Notes: generated from the letters alone by a model not told the origin. 64,000 nucleotides of DNA from Thermodesulfobacteriota bacterium (GCA_039715015.1 JBDLIE010000004.1:58991-122990), one strand, 5' to 3'. Positions 49,801 to 59,980 are shown, numbered from the stretch's first letter. Numbers and translations: made by a program.

Positions 49801-50606
49801 GAGGTGGAGAGAGTAATGGTGCCGGTATAGGGTGTTTGAATATTGTGCAGGTAGTCGTGGAAACTAATGGTGATGTTCTCGGTTTGACAGACGTCGCCGA
49901 TACCGTCGTGGCTAATGGCAAAATGAGCGGCCCGGTAAAAAAGGATGGCATCGCCGTTGCTCACGGTGTTTGAGTTGTAGGAGTACTGGGTGAAGTCGGT
50001 GTCGCTGACTTCGACGCCGATGGTGGCGCTGGAACCATTGGCATTGCCGGCGCCGTATTGGAATTTGAAAGCGTTGCTCGTTTCATAAAGGATGACCTGG
50101 AAGGTGTAGCTACTGCCAGCGCCATAACGGGGAACGCCGAGCCAGGAAACAACAAATTGTCTGTTTGGCGCGCTGCCCATGGTCTCGTAGGTGACTTGGC
50201 CGCCGCCGCTCGGATCCAAGTCTTCCCAGTAGGGGGCAATCACTCGGTCAGCGGCGCTTTCAGCGCAGGGGCCAGCCCCTACCTCTGTAATCGGCATAGC
50301 TTCGTTGGTGTAATCCTTGTGGAAGCCTTGGTCAGCCCCGAAATGGAGAGCGCCATTGCTCAGGATTCGAACCTGAGTATAGTCAATATCTGCAAAATTA
50401 AAGGTAAAGCCAATATTGACCAGTTGTTGGTCGTCATCGGCCAAATACGTTGTGCAGGTGCCACTCCATGTCACATTGGTGGGCGAAGATGACTGCCATG
50501 AATAGGCGACGGTATCATCGTATACATAGGTGGCAGCCCAGCTGGTAGGCGTGAGGGTGAAAAGAATGAGGGCTAGAAAGGTGGAAGCCGTCAGTAAAGG
50601 GGCCAT
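46887..50606 (-). CDS. mshQ: Large pilus-associated adhesin, MshQ-like, 1239 aa
   Basis: Signal peptide; YDEVG, VGRFRP, FTYLGEPF, LRHGK, NSFGPE, C-terminal TFGIYRGNDRIINWRE. Confidence 0.82.
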   Translation of the reverse strand: MAPLLTASTFLALILFTLTPTSWAATYVYDDTVAYSWQSSSPTNVTWSGTCTTYLADDDQQLVNIGFTFNFADIDYTQVRILSNGALHFGADQGFHKDYTNEAMPITEVGAGPCAESAADRVIAPYWEDLDPSGGGQVTYETMGSAPNRQFVVSWLGVPRYGAGSSYTFQVILYETSNAFKFQYGAGNANGSSATIGVEVSDTDFTQYSYNSNTVSNGDAILFYRAAHFAISHDGIGDVCQTENITISFHDYLHNIQTPYTGTITLSTSTGTGDWSLVSGSGTLTNLGNGDGTYAFAAGDNSQVILGLTHPATGIVNINIFDGTTIEDPGEDNDLNFSGSGDTFRDDFNVSAFNNNDGSATWTGDWIEVDGAGAGSGTGNVQITGGSLVLDDRPNTGGEPSLAREVNLSFYSNATLSFDYQTTAGVDNNDAVVVEVSNNGGGSWTILETFTGISGATSGSRSYNVTVDSSMSVNTRIRFRVSGRYGGSNEQFLVNFVEISALLPCPGVDHYTIGHDEFGINCQAEPVTISVHDAAHAVLTGHTGAITLSTSSGHGDWSVISGNPSNLVNIGNGNGSYTFDGSELGVVVLGLKDTFVETVNINISDGTATELSGTAEPLTEDLDIAFAQAGFNFLAGGVGNAIGNQIGAKPSSTAPGNQVLQIEGIRTNDLTGQCEAALVGINTIDLGFECLDPTTCTANLVNISGTNIAANNNGAVASYTGVTLDFGTNLDTTATFTMSYPDVGQIRLHARYDIPLGSGLGSGNLMIGSSNNFVVRPFGFDVTASGNPLPATTTAVGTVYTSAGTPFAANVRAVLWEAADDSDNDGIPDNHTDTNPANNVDLLDNTAALNFGQETTAEDVLLTTYLFLPAGTNPGLAGNTTVSGFVAGAGSSNVRYDEVGIIELIANLTDNSYLGAGKATGRSGHVGRFRPAYFDVTINPSPPAFTDSCVTGNFTYLGEPFPYAITPNIIITAYNAATPAAVTANYDCGGFWKFAAPMNLAYTYNDASGSGLTFTPAGNSVNPIGADTTDCNGVVPLPLTDTFSYSRPPVASPKIPFAATVDLAVNNLQLTDSDGTCYNTGAGCQGFNVNGITGANLRHGKIQVFNSFGPETQDITTAPFEIQYWDDFDWDTNYEWAINTNEDATSCTTEASIGFCTDNANHAVSLDAGSLGSFVSGAGTITVGHDPANFSRIVRVCPINPAKLTSLAGCGAINEKCGDFTFGIYRGNDRIINWREIVK

Positions 50607-50704
50607 GGGAACATCCTGGCTTGCATGATTGTAAAGGCGAACTGGTAATAAAGTAGCCTCTAGGGCCTCTTCGGTAAAGAAAAAAGGCAGTATGTCGCAC
50701 GATT

Positions 50705-51658
50705 CTAAATGTCGTTGTTGAGATTTTTTATGTATGCCATAAGCGCAACAAAACTCTTCTGGTCAAAAATCTTTTTTCTGAAAGTGGAGCTGCCCGGGAT
50801 GCCCTTGATGTATTTTCCAGCGTGATTTTTTATTTTGCCAAGCAATCTCTCGGCAGGTAGGTATTTGTCGATGAGTTGCAGATGACGGTGTAGTGCTTTT
50901 AGACGCAGAGAACGTGAGGGCGAGATGTTGATTTTTGGCGAAAATATCCAGGGCGCGCCCAGGGCGGAGCGGCCTATCATCACCCCGTCGCAGCCGGTTT
51001 CAGCCATCAGCTTTATGCCGTAATCATAGCTGTTGATATCGCCGTTACCGATCACCGGGATGGAAAGGGCCTCCTTGACCTTGCTGATAACCGAATAATC
51101 AACCTCGCCCGAGAAGCCGTCGCTCCAGGTTCGGGCGTGAATGGCGATCGCTGAGGCCCCGGCTTCCTCTGCCATTTTGGCAAATTCTGGGGCGTTGATG
51201 GAGTGGTGGTTCCAGCCAGTGCGGATCTTCACGGTTACCGGTTTTGATGTATTGGCCACCACCTGGCGGATAATTTCTTCAGCAAGGCGCGGTGTCTGCA
51301 TCAGGGCGCTACCTGCCCCTTTCTTGATTACCTTCCTCACCGGACAACCCATATTGATATCGATCATGGCCACCGGTTCTTTATTGATAATGGCGGCGGC
51401 CTGGCCCATGATCTCCGGTTCGCTGCCAAAGAGCTGGAGGGCAAGGGGCTGTTCATCAGCAACCGTGGCAATCATTTCCCTGGTTTTGTTTTGGTCATAA
51501 ACCAGGCCGTGGCAGGAAATCATCTCAGAATAGACCAAGCCCGCCCCAAATTCACGGCAAAGCAAGCGAAATGGCAGGTCTGTGTAGCCAGCCAGGGGAG
51601 CCAAAACAAAAGGATGTTCGATGGCTACCTGACCAATGGTTAAGGATGATGGATTCAT
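50705..51658 (-). CDS. dusB: tRNA-dihydrouridine synthase
   Basis: LAPLAGYTDLPFR, QLFG, DINMGCP, GSALM, PVTVKIR, IHART, GNGDI, VMIGR. Confidence 0.93.
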   Translation of the reverse strand: MNPSSLTIGQVAIEHPFVLAPLAGYTDLPFRLLCREFGAGLVYSEMISCHGLVYDQNKTREMIATVADEQPLALQLFGSEPEIMGQAAAIINKEPVAMIDINMGCPVRKVIKKGAGSALMQTPRLAEEIIRQVVANTSKPVTVKIRTGWNHHSINAPEFAKMAEEAGASAIAIHARTWSDGFSGEVDYSVISKVKEALSIPVIGNGDINSYDYGIKLMAETGCDGVMIGRSALGAPWIFSPKINISPSRSLRLKALHRHLQLIDKYLPAERLLGKIKNHAGKYIKGIPGSSTFRKKIFDQKSFVALMAYIKNLNNDI

Positions 51659-51846
51659 ATTTTTTCACTCGCGACTTCCGGCAATAAGGGGTAAGATGGC
51701 GGCCATTTTTCAAGTATAAAATGCTTTGGATCAGGTTTTTAAACCACAAAGCATCTTTTTTGTATATATAAAGGCGATTATCCTTTGATTTTCACAGGCA
51801 GCCTGCAGAATTTATCGCTGCCGCTCATAAAAATGGAGAAAAAATA

Positions 51847-53781
51847 ATGGCACTGGAGCTGAATCTTCAAAATACAGAGCTCACCGGCGATGAGATTGCA
51901 AAGTTGGCAGAGATTCGTAAAAACTGCGCCCGCCGCATCCTTCTTGCCACATCTCTGGCGTCCTCTGGTCATCCTGGTGGTTCCCTGTCTACCCTGGATA
52001 TGCTTTTGGTTACCTATGGCTGTATCAAGCATAATCCAGCCGATAGCCAGTGGCAGGGCCGTGATCGGGTAGTGATGAGCATCGGCCACGTCTCTCCTGG
52101 TGTCTACTCCGTACTTGCTGAAAATGGTTACTTCACTGAAGAGGATTTCCTCACCGGTTTCAGGCGGGCTGGTTCCGGTTTTCCCGGCCATGTCGAGCGC
52201 GTCGCTCCAGGTGTGGAATGGGATACCGGTAATCTTGGCCAGGGACTCTCCACAGCCGTGGGCATGGCCCAGGCCTTTAAAATGAAGGGGCTGGACCAGA
52301 AGGTTATCTGCTATATGGGTGATGGTGAGCAGCAGAAAGGCCAGATTGCCGAGGCCATGCGCTATGCCAACAAGTATAACCTCAATAACCTTATTGTCAT
52401 TGTTGACCGTAATCATATCCAGATCTGCGGCACCACTGAGGAGATCATGGACATTGATGTCGCTGGTCTTTTTGAGGTGTCTGGCTGGAACGTCATGAAA
52501 CTAGATGATGGCCATGACACCAATAAGTTTTTTCAGACCTTCCGCAAGGCCTACCTCGGTGAGGTTGAAAAGGCTGACAAGCCTACCATGATTGAGGCCC
52601 GGACCGTTATGGCTAAGGGTATTTCCTTTATGGAAGATCTGGCCAAATATCATGGCTCACCCCTCAATCAAGAACAGCTGGCCGAGGCCTTCAAAGAGCT
52701 GGAGGTGGAAAATGATTTTGACAAATGGGCAGAGCTGCGTAAGGCCCCGGTTGCCACCAACACCAAGTTGAAAAATGTCGTCCGTTATCCGGATATCATG
52801 GCCGGCGAAGCGATCACCTACGACAGTAATACTGATTGCCGCTCCGCCTACGGGAATGCTCTGCATAGCCTGGCCCAGGCCAATAATGTTGGCGGCGTCA
52901 TGAAGATCGCCGGTATCTCTTGTGACCTGGAAGGCTCGGTGAAGATGGGAGATTTCCATAAGCATAGCCCCACCGCCTATTTTGAGACAGGCATTCAGGA
53001 ACATCATGCCGCTTCCATGGGCGCTGCTATAAGCCGGGAAGAGGTCGCCTGTTTCTTTTCTACCTTTGGTGTCTTTGCTGTTTCCGAGGTCTATAACCAA
53101 AATCGCATCTCTGATATCAACGAGACCAATTTCAAGGTTGTGGCTACCCACTGCGGGCTTGATGTTGGCGAAGACGGCCCCACCCATCAGGGCATCGATT
53201 ATATCGGCCTTATGCGTAATTACTTCCGCTTTAACGTCTATATCCCTGCTGATCCTAATCAGACAGACCGGGTTATTCGCACAGCTGCTGTTAATCCTGG
53301 CAATGTTTTTGTAGGTATGGGACGCTCTAAGATGGGTATGGTTCTTGCCGAGGATGGCAGCCCCTTCTTTGGTGGCGACTATCAGTTTACCCCAGGCAAG
53401 GGTGACTGGGTTCGGACTGGAAATTCCGGTACCATTATTACCTATGGCGCTGTAACCCCCAATGTTATGGAGGCATGGCAGAAATTAAAGGATGAGGGCG
53501 TTGATGTGGGTGTTCTGGTGATGGCCTCTGTTGCCCCTGTTGATAAGGATGCCATAATTGAGGCGGTTAAAAAGGGGCCAGTTCTCACCGTTGAAGATCA
53601 CCATGTTGACACTGGTCTTGGTTCCATTGTGGCAACGGTTATTGCTGATAATGGTCTGGCTGCCACCTTTAAACGTCTTGGTGTTACCCGCTACGGTGCT
53701 TCCGGTAAGCCTGCAGACCTTTATGCCGCTCAGGGACTTGACGGTGCTGGTATTGTCAAGTCTTTCAAGGAGATGTTGTAA
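51847..53781 (+). CDS. tkt: Transketolase
   Basis: SGHPGGSLS, TGNLGQGLS, GDGEQQKG, YHG, GIQEH, GEDGPTHQ. Confidence 0.92.
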   Translation: MALELNLQNTELTGDEIAKLAEIRKNCARRILLATSLASSGHPGGSLSTLDMLLVTYGCIKHNPADSQWQGRDRVVMSIGHVSPGVYSVLAENGYFTEEDFLTGFRRAGSGFPGHVERVAPGVEWDTGNLGQGLSTAVGMAQAFKMKGLDQKVICYMGDGEQQKGQIAEAMRYANKYNLNNLIVIVDRNHIQICGTTEEIMDIDVAGLFEVSGWNVMKLDDGHDTNKFFQTFRKAYLGEVEKADKPTMIEARTVMAKGISFMEDLAKYHGSPLNQEQLAEAFKELEVENDFDKWAELRKAPVATNTKLKNVVRYPDIMAGEAITYDSNTDCRSAYGNALHSLAQANNVGGVMKIAGISCDLEGSVKMGDFHKHSPTAYFETGIQEHHAASMGAAISREEVACFFSTFGVFAVSEVYNQNRISDINETNFKVVATHCGLDVGEDGPTHQGIDYIGLMRNYFRFNVYIPADPNQTDRVIRTAAVNPGNVFVGMGRSKMGMVLAEDGSPFFGGDYQFTPGKGDWVRTGNSGTIITYGAVTPNVMEAWQKLKDEGVDVGVLVMASVAPVDKDAIIEAVKKGPVLTVEDHHVDTGLGSIVATVIADNGLAATFKRLGVTRYGASGKPADLYAAQGLDGAGIVKSFKEML

Positions 53782-53878
53782 GGGAGCCCTGCAATAGCAG
53801 TAAAAGAATCAGAAAGTTAAATTCACTCATTATGGGGACAAGATCCCCGACATGGGTGAATTGAAATTACCTTGAAAC

Positions 53879-53919
53879 AAAAAGAGCCGGTTGGAGAATT
53901 CTCCAACCGGCTCTTTTTT
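53879..53919. terminator. Bidirectional terminator
   Basis: A5-GAGCCGGTTGGAG-AATT-CTCCAACCGGCTC-T6. Confidence 0.88.
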
Positions 53920-53942
53920 ATGGGTAAAACTATTGTGAGAAT

Positions 53943-54953
53943 CTACCAGGTTTTGATCTCCACCTGATAGATGGTAAGTGGCTCATTGCCATCGCGGTAG
54001 GAGAATTCTACCTTATACCTACCTTGCGATTTAATGAATTGGGAGATGTTTGTCTTAATCGCCTGAACATCGTTGGCTCCCTTAACACCGTAATAATTGG
54101 AGGCCTTCAACTGCTCGGGAGACCAGCTTGCCACCTGGTGACGCTGTCCAGCAGGAGTGATCAAGTAGACTTCGCCGAAGGAGTGGTTGGTTTTCCGGCC
54201 ATAACCGTTAAAAGAGAGCCAGGATTGATTTCCAAAAACCTGGATGTCAAAGGCGTAAATATTGTTGGAAATATTGGAGCCGGAACCGGCAAGACCCTTG
54301 GTGTTGCTTCTATAGCTTTTGGGATTTGTGGCACTCAGCTTGGCAGCAGCCTTCTTGGTCCTCTGCTTCTGGACAGAAGCAGCCTTTTTAACCGGGGCGG
54401 CTTTTTTCCTGGCAACCTTTGGTACAGCGGCTTTTGCGGCAGGAGCAGCAGCAGTAATGCCCATAGATTTATTTCTTTCTGTCTGGACAACAAGAGCACC
54501 GGCCAGTTTGTTTTGGCGAATCAGTTTGTCCTCAAGACGTTTTAGGTCAATGATGTACTGATTTTTGACATTTTTGCTGGACTTGTTTTTGAAGTTGTCA
54601 AAAACTACCTGGTATTTACGCTCTACTGAATTCACAGCCTCTTTTTTCAATGCCATAATCCGCTCGTTGTAGAGTGTCTGGATTTTTTTTATCTCAATAT
54701 CACGGGCATTTTCCAGTGAGGCAACCTTTTTAGTAAAGGCTGGGGACTGCAGGCTTTTGGCCTTAGCACCCTCAAGCTCTTTTTGGAGTTTTTGAAGCTT
54801 CTCGGGAGTGGAAGCATTTTTCATCTGCTTCTCATAGGTCGCTCGCAGTTTTGTGAGCTCAGCGGGCTCTTTGTCGATGGTGAGTATTTCTGCCTGCAAT
54901 GGTGTAGTGAGGCAAAAAAGAGAAATTAAAAGAAAGGAAAACTTTCTATACAT
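53943..54953 (-). CDS. Exported basic coiled-coil protein with Ala/Lys linker and C-terminal beta-rich domain
   Basis: Signal peptide (LQA), heptad-rich N-half, AAAPAAKAAVPK linker. Confidence 0.75.
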   Translation of the reverse strand: MYRKFSFLLISLFCLTTPLQAEILTIDKEPAELTKLRATYEKQMKNASTPEKLQKLQKELEGAKAKSLQSPAFTKKVASLENARDIEIKKIQTLYNERIMALKKEAVNSVERKYQVVFDNFKNKSSKNVKNQYIIDLKRLEDKLIRQNKLAGALVVQTERNKSMGITAAAPAAKAAVPKVARKKAAPVKKAASVQKQRTKKAAAKLSATNPKSYRSNTKGLAGSGSNISNNIYAFDIQVFGNQSWLSFNGYGRKTNHSFGEVYLITPAGQRHQVASWSPEQLKASNYYGVKGANDVQAIKTNISQFIKSQGRYKVEFSYRDGNEPLTIYQVEIKTW

Positions 54954-55223
54954 TATGGACCCCCATGCGTGCGTGTTTTTCTTTAGAGAATGCCGGAGTC
55001 AATTTTAGGACCATAGCAATTTAAAAGAAAATTTTAAGATTGGTTACTAAATTTTAAACAAAAAAAAGGATTAAACTTTTCATTGGTCAGCTCAATAAAC
55101 CAACCTCTTTGTAATGAAAAAAGTGTGGCATAATACATTGTTTTTCCACATTTTGCAAGTGGTAGAACAATGTTGGGCCGGCCAAGATGTCCTGGCGCCG
55201 GAGAAAGTTTTTATCAGCTGAGG

Positions 55224-55844
55224 TTAGTCGAGTGCCTCAATGTCATCCGGAGGGACGAGGTCTTGGCTGCTTTGTGAAATGCCATCCCTGGTGAAGAGAT
55301 AGAAGAGTTGGATATCAATATCGTCTGCAAGGTCCTTGGCAAGTGTAAGGAGGGCAATGTCCTGGTTGCTCTGGGTTTGAACAGCATCACCACCCACTTG
55401 GAAGGTCTCACGCTTTATATATTTATCCTTTTGGAAGATAACCTTGCCTGTTGTGGCCTCCCTGAGCCGGTAGCCAAGTTTCACTTCAGCCCGAACCTCA
55501 ACAGCCCTATCAAAGGCACCATAGGACAAACCTGGAATCTCAACGGAGTAGAGGGTGCCGTCAAGGATATAGTCTGCGCTTGCCTTGTTCTGGGTGAGAT
55601 AGAGCCGGTTTGATTTTGTGAGTACCTGAATGAGACTCTGTTCGACATGGCCCTGGAAGCCAAGCAGGTTAGTGTTGTTGCTCCACATGGCCAGGAAAAT
55701 TCTTATCTTGCCATCGCCGTCCTTGTCAAAAGTTGCGGTTCGGGTATGGGGGGTACTGTAGCCGCAACCTGTTGTGAAGAAAAGAAGTTGGGTAGCAACG
55801 AGGAGAAGGGCCAGGATGGCGAAGGTGTGTTTGGCGGATGTCAT
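55224..55844 (-). CDS. lptE: LPS assembly lipoprotein LptE-like
   Basis: Lipobox TGC-GY, ADYILDG, directly downstream of leuS. Confidence 0.75.
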   Translation of the reverse strand: MTSAKHTFAILALLLVATQLLFFTTGCGYSTPHTRTATFDKDGDGKIRIFLAMWSNNTNLLGFQGHVEQSLIQVLTKSNRLYLTQNKASADYILDGTLYSVEIPGLSYGAFDRAVEVRAEVKLGYRLREATTGKVIFQKDKYIKRETFQVGGDAVQTQSNQDIALLTLAKDLADDIDIQLFYLFTRDGISQSSQDLVPPDDIEALD

Positions 55845-55853
55845 GGGGAGGGC

Positions 55854-58343
55854 CTATACGACAATGCTGATCAGCTTATTTTTAACGATGATGACTTTGC
55901 GGATATCCCTGCCCTCAATGAATTTCTGGACCCTGTCATCGGCCAAGGCCATTTTTTTGATGGTTTCTTCGGCGATTCCGGCCTCTACCTGGAGACGGCT
56001 ACGCACCTTACCGTTCACTTGAACTACCAAGGTAATTTCATCCTCTTTGGCGGCATCTTTATCGAAACTGGGCCAAGGTGTCATTGTCAGCTCTTCTTTA
56101 TGACCGAGGAGTTGCCACAATTCTTCAGTAAAATGAGGCACCATGGGGGCAAGAAGTTGAAGAATAGCATCAACCGCCTCCGTGATAACGCCTTTTTCCG
56201 GGACTTGTTTTTGGTCGCCGCTGGTCATGGAGCTTAAGGTGTTGTTAAGCTCCATGATGGCTGAAATTGCCGTGTTGAAGTGGAACTTGCCATCAATGTC
56301 CTGGCTAACCTTGGCAATGGTTTGGTGGGTCTTACGGTGAAGCGCCTGACCTGCTTTGGATAGTTCTGTTGGCAGGGAAGGGTTGTTCTTAAGCAAATCT
56401 TGATTGCTGATAATAAAACGGTAGACGCGATTTAAAAAGCGGTAGGCGCCGTCCACGCCCTGGTCATTCCACTCCAAATCCTTTTCAGGGGGCGCCGCAA
56501 AGAGGGAAAAGAGACGAACCGTGTCAGCGCCATATTGGCCAATGAGTTCAGCCGGATCAACAACATTGCCCTTGGACTTGCTCATCTTGAAGCCATCTTT
56601 AATGACCATCCCCTGGGTAAGCAGGTTGGTGAAGGGCTCATTAATGGTGAGATAGCCGAGGTCGCGGAGGATCTTGGTGAAAAAGCGGGAGTAGAGGAGG
56701 TGGAGAATGGCATGCTCCACGCCGCCGATATATTGGTCTACCGGCAACCAGTAATCAACAGCCTCTTTTTTCAAGGGGCCGTCCGTATAATCAGGGCAGG
56801 TGTAGCGGGCAAAATACCAGGAGGACTCCACAAAGGTGTCCATGGTGTCTGTCTCCCGCCGTGCTTGGCCACCGCATTTGGGACAGCATGTTTTGTAATA
56901 ACTCTCCAGGGAGTGCAGGGGAGATTTGCCGGAGGAGTCAATGGATACATCCTTGGGCAGGGTGACCGGCAGATCGTCCTTGGGAACCGGTTGTACCCCG
57001 CATTTTTGGCAGTGGATCATGGGGATGGGGCTGCCCCAATAACGCTGACGGGATACGCCCCAGTCGCGCAGTCTGTAGGTTACCTGCTGCTGGCCAAATC
57101 CTTCTTTGTCGGCCTTGGCCGTGATGGATTTTTTTGCCTCTTCGGAGAGCATACCTGAGAAATCGGCTGAGTTGACGAGCTTGCCTGGCCCTTCGTAGGC
57201 CTCTTCCATGCCAGCTGGGTCAAGGGCCTCTCCCTCAGGCTGGATTACAACCTTTATCGGGATATCGTATTTTTGAGCGAACTCAAAGTCCCGTTGGTCA
57301 TGGGCCGGAACAGCCATCACCGCCCCGGTGCCATATTCCATGAGGACAAAATTTGCCGTGTAGATGGGAAGTTTGTCGCCGGTATAGGGATTGATGGCAT
57401 AGGCCCCGGTGAACACGCCTTCCTTGTCTAGCTCCTCGCCGGCTTTTTGCCGCTGCTTGGCGATGGTGGTGCGTTTGACAAAATCTGCAACCGCATCTTC
57501 CTGCGCAGTGCCTTTCGTGAGAGCGGCGACTAAAGGATGCTCAGGGGCGATGGACATAAAGGTAGCGCCATGAATGGTGTCTGGCCGGGTGGTGAAGATT
57601 GTCAAGGTGTCATGACGACCCTCAATGGCAAAATCAACCTGGGCACCGATTGACTTGCCGATCCAGTTGCGTTGCATTGTAAGGACCTTTTCAGGCCAGC
57701 CTTGAAGATTGTCGCATTCGGCCAGTAATTCTTCAGCATAATCGGTGATTTTAAAAAACCAGCCGTTCATCTCCCGCGGCTCAACGCCTTGGTCGCAACG
57801 CCAGCAACAGCCGTCAATAACCTGCTCACGAGCTAGGACGGTCTGACAGGTCTCACACCAGTTGACCACGGTGATTTTTGGGTAAATGAGGCCTTTTTCA
57901 TACAGCTCGATAAAGAAAAGTTGTTCCCAGCGGTAATAATCATCGTTGCAGGTGGCAAGTTCCCGGTCCCAGTCGTAGCTCAGTCCCATCTGGCGAAGCT
58001 GGCCACGCATATAGTCAATGTTTTCGTAGGTCCATTTGGCCGGGTGGGTGGCGTTTTTGATGGCGGCATTCTCCGCGGGCAGGCCAAAGGCATCCCAACC
58101 CATGGGGTGCAGGACGTTATAGCCCTGCATGCGTTTGAAGCGGGCCACAACATCGCCGATGGTGTAATTGCGGACATGTCCCATATGAATCCGGCCGGAG
58201 GGGTAGGGGAACATCTCAAGGAGATAGTACTTCTCTCTGTCTTGGTCTTCACTGACCTTAAAAGTGTTTTCCGTGAGCCATTTTTGCTGCCATTTACTCT
58301 CAATGGCGGCAAAATCGTAATGGGCGGTATCGGCAGTGGCCAT
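55854..58343 (-). CDS. leuS: Leucine--tRNA ligase
   Basis: MFPYPSG, HMGH, MQRNWIG, FTTRPDT, GGVEHA, KMSKS, VQVNGK. Confidence 0.98.
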   Translation of the reverse strand: MATADTAHYDFAAIESKWQQKWLTENTFKVSEDQDREKYYLLEMFPYPSGRIHMGHVRNYTIGDVVARFKRMQGYNVLHPMGWDAFGLPAENAAIKNATHPAKWTYENIDYMRGQLRQMGLSYDWDRELATCNDDYYRWEQLFFIELYEKGLIYPKITVVNWCETCQTVLAREQVIDGCCWRCDQGVEPREMNGWFFKITDYAEELLAECDNLQGWPEKVLTMQRNWIGKSIGAQVDFAIEGRHDTLTIFTTRPDTIHGATFMSIAPEHPLVAALTKGTAQEDAVADFVKRTTIAKQRQKAGEELDKEGVFTGAYAINPYTGDKLPIYTANFVLMEYGTGAVMAVPAHDQRDFEFAQKYDIPIKVVIQPEGEALDPAGMEEAYEGPGKLVNSADFSGMLSEEAKKSITAKADKEGFGQQQVTYRLRDWGVSRQRYWGSPIPMIHCQKCGVQPVPKDDLPVTLPKDVSIDSSGKSPLHSLESYYKTCCPKCGGQARRETDTMDTFVESSWYFARYTCPDYTDGPLKKEAVDYWLPVDQYIGGVEHAILHLLYSRFFTKILRDLGYLTINEPFTNLLTQGMVIKDGFKMSKSKGNVVDPAELIGQYGADTVRLFSLFAAPPEKDLEWNDQGVDGAYRFLNRVYRFIISNQDLLKNNPSLPTELSKAGQALHRKTHQTIAKVSQDIDGKFHFNTAISAIMELNNTLSSMTSGDQKQVPEKGVITEAVDAILQLLAPMVPHFTEELWQLLGHKEELTMTPWPSFDKDAAKEDEITLVVQVNGKVRSRLQVEAGIAEETIKKMALADDRVQKFIEGRDIRKVIIVKNKLISIVV

Positions 58344-58487
58344 AATATATATCCTTAAAAAGAGGGAGTAGCTATTTTACGAAAGAAAGAGGAACCGCAG
58401 AGCTGGCAGGTCTCTGAATTCAGGCATCTTCTTACCATATCAGCCGTGAAGTGCAACAGCTTGCCCGTGGCAGAAAGACAAAAAAAA

Positions 58488-59858
58488 TCAGCTGGAAGGG
58501 GGGGGCTGGCTATCATGCTGAAAAGCGAGATTCTCAAAGGTGGTATAGCGGCCGATAAAAGCAAGCTCCACCGTACCGGTGGGACCGTTACGCTGCTTGC
58601 CGATAATTAGTTCGGCCAGACCCTTTTTGGGGTTGTCTTCGGACTTATTATAGACCTCATCACGATAGATAAAGCAGATGACGTCGGCATCCTGCTCAAT
58701 GGCACCTGATTCGCGCAGATCTGAGAGTTGTGGCCGCTTGTTGGGGCGGCTTTCCAGGCTACGGTTAAGCTGGGAGAGGGCAATAACCGGGATATCAAGC
58801 TCTTTGGCCATGGCCTTGAGGGAACGGGAGATCTCACTAATTTCCTGTTCACGACTGTCACCTCGGCCTTTCATGAGCTGGAGATAATCAACAACAACAA
58901 GGCCGATATTGTGCTCAATTTTTAGGCGCCGGGCCTTGGCGCGCATCTCAAGAACGGAAATGGCGGCAGTGTCATCGATAAAGATGGGGGCCCGGGTCAA
59001 TTCACCAGTAGCGCGAGTTAGCTTGGGCCAGTCCTGCTCCTTGATGTGACCCGTCCGGATATCGTTGGAGTCCACCCGTCCCACTGAACAGAGAAGGCGC
59101 ATGGCCAGCTGATGTTTCGACATCTCAAGGCTGAAAACACCCACTGGCACATCATATTGCATGGCTGCGTTCTGGACCATGTTCATAGCCAGGGCGGTTT
59201 TGCCCATACTGGGGCGACCGGCAAGGATGATTAGGTCAGATGGCTGCAAGCCTGCTGTCATCCGATCAAAAAGATCGTAAGCCGTGGGGACGCCGGTGAT
59301 GAGTTCCTTGCGTTCAGCAAGCTGAGTCACCTTGTCAAAGGTACCCTTCATGATCGAGGTCAGAGATTCAAATTTAGAACCGCTCTTGCTGCTGGAGATC
59401 TCAAAAACAGTGGTTTCGACATCGTCTAAGAGGCGGTCAATCTCATCTTGCTCGTCATAACATCGCGAGGCAATGGAGGTGGTGGTGCTGATGAGTTGGC
59501 GAAGGATTGATTTTTCGCGAACAATTTTGGCGTAGTGAACAATGTTTGAGGCTAAGGGGACGGTATCAGTGAGAGTGGCTATATAGGCTGCTCCGCCCGC
59601 AGCTTCAATGGCATTGGTACTGGTCAGATGATTGATCACCGTAACCATGTCTTGAGGCTCATTGCGGTCAAAGAGAGTGACCATGGCCTTGAAAATGTTT
59701 TGGTGGTTGTCGAGGTAAAAATCGTCAGGGGTAATGAGGTCAACGGCCTTTGCCATCATTCCTTTTTGCTGAAGAATGGCACCGAGAACACATTGCTCCG
59801 CTTCTTTGTTTTGGGGGGGGAGGCGGTGGCTGACAGGGGAGGTTTCTGGTTGTTCCAT
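58488..59858 (-). CDS. dnaB: Replicative DNA helicase
   Basis: AEQCVLG, GRPSMGKT, FSLEM, VDYLQL, LSQLNR, DLRESGAIEQDAD, KQRNGP. Confidence 0.98.
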   Translation of the reverse strand: MEQPETSPVSHRLPPQNKEAEQCVLGAILQQKGMMAKAVDLITPDDFYLDNHQNIFKAMVTLFDRNEPQDMVTVINHLTSTNAIEAAGGAAYIATLTDTVPLASNIVHYAKIVREKSILRQLISTTTSIASRCYDEQDEIDRLLDDVETTVFEISSSKSGSKFESLTSIMKGTFDKVTQLAERKELITGVPTAYDLFDRMTAGLQPSDLIILAGRPSMGKTALAMNMVQNAAMQYDVPVGVFSLEMSKHQLAMRLLCSVGRVDSNDIRTGHIKEQDWPKLTRATGELTRAPIFIDDTAAISVLEMRAKARRLKIEHNIGLVVVDYLQLMKGRGDSREQEISEISRSLKAMAKELDIPVIALSQLNRSLESRPNKRPQLSDLRESGAIEQDADVICFIYRDEVYNKSEDNPKKGLAELIIGKQRNGPTGTVELAFIGRYTTFENLAFQHDSQPPPSS

Positions 59859-59940
59859 GGGCGTATGGCAAGGGGGTCGGAGAAATCTTGGAAGTGACGA
59901 TTCATACTAGCCGCTACGGATTTTTATGCAAGAGGAGCAT

Positions 59941-59980
59941 AAAAAAAGCGACTCTTTTAATGTAGAAAAAAGAGTCGCTT
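59941..59980 (-). terminator. Terminator after rplI
   Basis: AAGCGACTCTTTT...AAAAGAGTCGC followed by T7 on the minus strand. Confidence 0.75.

Noticed and set aside
58488..59858. Intein in DnaB
   Set aside because: Normal 456-aa length with contiguous motifs
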